NCBI GenBank assembly: GCA_018830295.1
Contig: JAHJSM010000002.1
Location: 115,131-179,130, forward strand
DNA: 64,000 bases
Origin: Patescibacteria group bacterium
GTDB taxonomy: Bacteria > Patescibacteriota > Minisyncoccia > Portnoybacterales > UBA2143
Direction of reading: 5' to 3'
A model generated the notes under the pieces. It worked only from the letters and a program-made list of their open reading frames with translations. It was not told the DNA's origin and did no database searches. Positions 61,135-64,000 of this stretch are shown in pieces (the stretch's first letter is position 1; every line of letters starts with the position of its first letter). Position numbers and translations under genes: made by a program.

Positions 61135-61341
61135 TTATCTCTTCTGATAAATTACCTTGGCCCAATCGCGATACAAATCATTAAGACGACACTCCATCTC
61201 AACAATTTTTTGAACGCGGGCTTTGTTTATGACGCCTACAACTGAAGCATCTAATTTGGCCGCGCAAATTTCCTTCGCGATTTCCTCTTTCAAATCAATA
61301 ATTTCTTTGGGGCAACTGGAATTAGAACACTTTGCATCCAT
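61135..61341 (-). CDS. Small hypothetical protein
   Basis: SD-like AAAGGGAGAGAGG upstream. Confidence 0.5.
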   Translation of the reverse strand: MDAKCSNSSCPKEIIDLKEEIAKEICAAKLDASVVGVINKARVQKIVEMECRLNDLYRDWAKVIYQKR

Positions 61342-61374
61342 TAGAAACCTCTCTCCCTTTTGTTAGGGTTAATG

Positions 61375-61950
61375 TTAAGAACTAAGCGCCAACTGCTCCA
61401 AAAGTTCTTCTCTTCCTTTGTTTGTTTTGGCTGAATAGAGGATGATGTTTTGTTCGCCTGTTTTTTTCTTTATCATTTCCAATTGTTTTTTGACTTCTTT
61501 TTGTTTTAATTTGTCGGATTTGTTCGCGACGATGACAAAATCGTTTTCTCTCTTTCGCAACAAACCAAGCATTTCTATGTCAAAAGCGCTTGGTCCGACT
61601 TTCGCGTCAATAATGAGAACAACTTTTTTAAATATTATGCTTGATTTAAACAGATACCAAATAATCATTTTTCTGATTTTTTCTTTTTGCTTCAAAGAAA
61701 TTTTCATAAATCCATAACCGGGCAAGTCAATAAAATATGTGTTTTTGTTAATCAAAAAGTAGTTTATCTGCTGTGTTTTTCCGGGCGTTGAGCCGGACTT
61801 AACTAGCCCCTTTCTCTCAACGAGCGAGTTAATGACGCTTGATTTCCCGACATTAGAACGACCGATAAAAGCGATTTGCGGGTATTCGCTGTATAAAATT
61901 TCGTTCGTGCCGAGAACGCTTTTGACGAACTCTGCTGATTGAATAATCAT
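61375..61950 (-). CDS. engB: Ribosome biogenesis GTPase YihA/YsxC
   Basis: GRSNVGKSS, TPGKT, DLPGYG and NKSD motifs. Confidence 0.93.
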   Translation of the reverse strand: MIIQSAEFVKSVLGTNEILYSEYPQIAFIGRSNVGKSSVINSLVERKGLVKSGSTPGKTQQINYFLINKNTYFIDLPGYGFMKISLKQKEKIRKMIIWYLFKSSIIFKKVVLIIDAKVGPSAFDIEMLGLLRKRENDFVIVANKSDKLKQKEVKKQLEMIKKKTGEQNIILYSAKTNKGREELLEQLALSS

Positions 61951-62045
61951 AAGATTATCTTAACAGGGAAAAACCATTTTGGCTAATTTTAAATTTCTGA
62001 TATAATACAAACAGTTATTTAACAACTAAAAAGGAGAGAGTAGCC

Positions 62046-62930
62046 ATGAAAGAAAAAGAAAGAAATCCGGTCAGCGAATATGCGGAAAAAATACGAAAAA
62101 TTCCCGTCTTGAGCAAAAAGGAAGAACTGGCATTGGCGAAAAAAACCGCGAGAGGGAATAAAGAAGCGAAAAAGAAAATGATTGAATCAAATTTAAAATT
62201 GGCGTTTAGTATCGCGTCAAGATACACAAGAAATTGGCGAAATGAGGTTTTGGACATCTTGGATTTAATCCAAGAGGGAAACACTGGTCTCTTTAGAGCC
62301 GTTGAAAAATTTGACTGGCGAAAAGGATACAAATTTTCAGTTTATGCCTCGTGGTGGATTAAAGCGGCAATATTAAAATTGCTCTGCGAAAAATCAAGAA
62401 CTATTAGAGTGCAAACCCACATCATTCTCGGCGTAAATCGTTATATCGAGGAGGTAAACGAAATACTCGCCAAAGAACATCGGACACCCACAAACCAAGA
62501 GATAGCCGAAAAAATAGGGCTTTCTGTCCAAACATTGCTTAAATATCTAAAATTGTTTCGAGAAGCTAACACAATTTCTATTGATTCTCCTCTTGGAACG
62601 GTAAGCGACCGTTGGGACACAAACACATTAAATGATGTTATCCCAGACAAAGAAACGCCCAACCCGGAAGAATTTGTCCGAATAAATCAACTTAATGAAA
62701 AAATCAGGAAAATGCTTTTATTTCTTACGCCAAGAGAAGAAAAAGTTTTAAGGATGCGTTATGGGATTGGAGAAAAATGGGATCACACACTCCGAGAAGT
62801 GGGAAATTTATTTGAAGTAACTCGCGAAGATATTAGGCAAATTGAAGTAAAAGCGTTAAGAAAACTCAATAAAAAATTTGTTGTCGGAACATTTAGAGGG
62901 CAAAATTTTGTTCTAAATGATTATTTATAA
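62046..62930 (+). CDS. Second RpoD-like sigma70 factor (regions 1.2-4)
   Basis: [26 protein letters not shown] and [10 protein letters not shown] motifs. Confidence 0.85.
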   Translation: MKEKERNPVSEYAEKIRKIPVLSKKEELALAKKTARGNKEAKKKMIESNLKLAFSIASRYTRNWRNEVLDILDLIQEGNTGLFRAVEKFDWRKGYKFSVYASWWIKAAILKLLCEKSRTIRVQTHIILGVNRYIEEVNEILAKEHRTPTNQEIAEKIGLSVQTLLKYLKLFREANTISIDSPLGTVSDRWDTNTLNDVIPDKETPNPEEFVRINQLNEKIRKMLLFLTPREEKVLRMRYGIGEKWDHTLREVGNLFEVTREDIRQIEVKALRKLNKKFVVGTFRGQNFVLNDYL

Positions 62931-62931
62931 G

Positions 62932-62962
62932 AAAAGGAGGTTGCAAAAAGCAATCTCCTTTT
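62932..62962. terminator. Bidirectional terminator
   Basis: AAAAGGAGGTTGC..GCAATCTCCTTTT. Confidence 0.75.
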
Positions 62963-62977
62963 ATAATTTACACCATT

Positions 62978-63226
62978 CTACAACTTCCCTTCTGCTTCTT
63001 TTTCCATTTTATCCAACCGGGTGTAATAGTCAGGGAACTCGTTTAAATGCGCTAAAGCGATTTTACCAGTCATGATCGCGTCATCGTTTGTCACATTTGT
63101 CGCGGGGCTAACTAACCCGTGCTCTAATTCAACATCCATCCCCATCCTAAACTGTTCAAGATCAAACTTACTCCAATCAATTCCCAACGCCTCCCCGACT
63201 TCTTTCGCCTTTTCATTTGTAAACAT
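62978..63226 (-). CDS. DUF5661-like small protein
   Basis: GMDVELEHG and KIALAHLNEFPDYYTRL motifs. Confidence 0.75.
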   Translation of the reverse strand: MFTNEKAKEVGEALGIDWSKFDLEQFRMGMDVELEHGLVSPATNVTNDDAIMTGKIALAHLNEFPDYYTRLDKMEKEAEGKL

Positions 63227-63237
63227 ATATTTAATTA

Positions 63238-63268
63238 GGGGGCTGCCCCCGCAACGGGGGCAGCCCCC
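63238..63268. repeat. REP-like palindrome, inverted copy of the gltX insert
   Basis: GGGGGCTGCCCCCG-CAA-CGGGGGCAGCCCCC. Confidence 0.85.
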
Positions 63269-63278
63269 GTCTTAGTTA

Positions 63279-63476
63279 TTACTCTTCTAAACCCTTCTTA
63301 ACTTCCTCAAACTCATTTTCAATTTCCTTCAACCGCGCGCGGCTTGCTTTAATCAAATCGACCCCTGTTTTAACTTTTTCAAGCCCCGCCTCCACATCAA
63401 CTTCTTTTTGTTCGTCAAACCAACTAATAATCCCTTCTAATTTTTTTAATGAGTCCTTTAATTTATTTTTTTCCAT
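63279..63476 (-). CDS. xseB: Exodeoxyribonuclease VII small subunit
   Basis: LKKLEGII..G..LI...RL pattern; follows xseA. Confidence 0.8.
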   Translation of the reverse strand: MEKNKLKDSLKKLEGIISWFDEQKEVDVEAGLEKVKTGVDLIKASRARLKEIENEFEEVKKGLEE

Positions 63477-63486
63477 AGTTATATTT

Positions 63487-64000
63487 TTAATCCACACTCT
63501 CCACTCTTGTCTTTATTTTACCATCTGCGACGCGAATATCAACCCCTTGTCCTGGCTCGACCTGCCGAACGCTTCTTAATATTTTTCCACTCGCTGAAGC
63601 GATGCTATACCCAAGTTTTAACTGCCTTTTTGGGTCGGCGGACTCAAGCTGTTTTTTCGCGTTGTTTAAATGATTATTTAAATAATCCAGTCCTCCCTGA
63701 AAATCAACTAAAAATTGATTGAGATAATTATCCAATTTTCCTCTGATGTTTTTGAGTGAATATCCCATCTCTGATAATTTATCTTTTAATTTGTTTTTGA
63801 CTGTTTCAAATCTTTTGAAAACAAATTCAGAATGCTGTTTTAATCCCCTAATTAAATTTTCCAACAATCTCTGCTCTTGATTAAAAACTTCCTGATATTT
63901 ATAGATTAAATCCCGTTCAAAGATTTTGACATTCGCAAGCGCGTTTTCCCACGATTTATTCAAGGCGACCGCGACGGCCGTGGGCGTTGATGTCATTAAA
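63487..64000 (-). CDS. xseA: Exodeoxyribonuclease VII large subunit, C-terminal part (truncated by window edge)
   Basis: STPTAVA, DP.RQLKLGYSI and DG motifs. Confidence 0.85.
   Translation of the reverse strand, partial: LMTSTPTAVAVALNKSWENALANVKIFERDLIYKYQEVFNQEQRLLENLIRGLKQHSEFVFKRFETVKNKLKDKLSEMGYSLKNIRGKLDNYLNQFLVDFQGGLDYLNNHLNNAKKQLESADPKRQLKLGYSIASASGKILRSVRQVEPGQGVDIRVADGKIKTRVESVD

Overview
Bacterial chromosomal window of low GC content. Gene content, SD-less or leaderless core genes and protein style suggest a Patescibacteria (CPR/Parcubacteria-like) genome; this is inference, not verified. 1-31.9 kb is mostly housekeeping: ftsW, murG, gltX, xer, rpmA, pyrG, rplI, an S41 protease, envelope glycosyltransferases, rpoD, dnaG, tRNA-Ser, htpX, lemA, groESL, late pyrimidine genes. 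Gene orientation converges near 5.5-8 kb, where an 11-6-11 dif-like palindrome sits just upstream of the xer gene, suggesting the replication terminus. About 31.9-60.4 kb is a hypervariable island of co-oriented single-gene modules separated by reused terminator/promoter and REP-like elements, with gene chimeras, remnants and defence genes (R-M, HNH, Bro-N, RhuM, DUF3800, RadC). Highlights: (1) a radical SAM/SPASM enzyme with a C-terminal RRE-like domain coupled to an unannotated 53-aa Cys/Tyr-rich peptide (candidate new RiPP); (2) an apparently integrase-free cassette array built on a fused terminator-promoter repeat; (3) a separate gene class with sigma70 promoter, boxA-like motif and strong SD in an otherwise SD-less genome, including a divergent second sigma70; (4) candidate structured RNAs; (5) palindromic elements inserted in frame in core genes. 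All calls are by eye; no searches were run.
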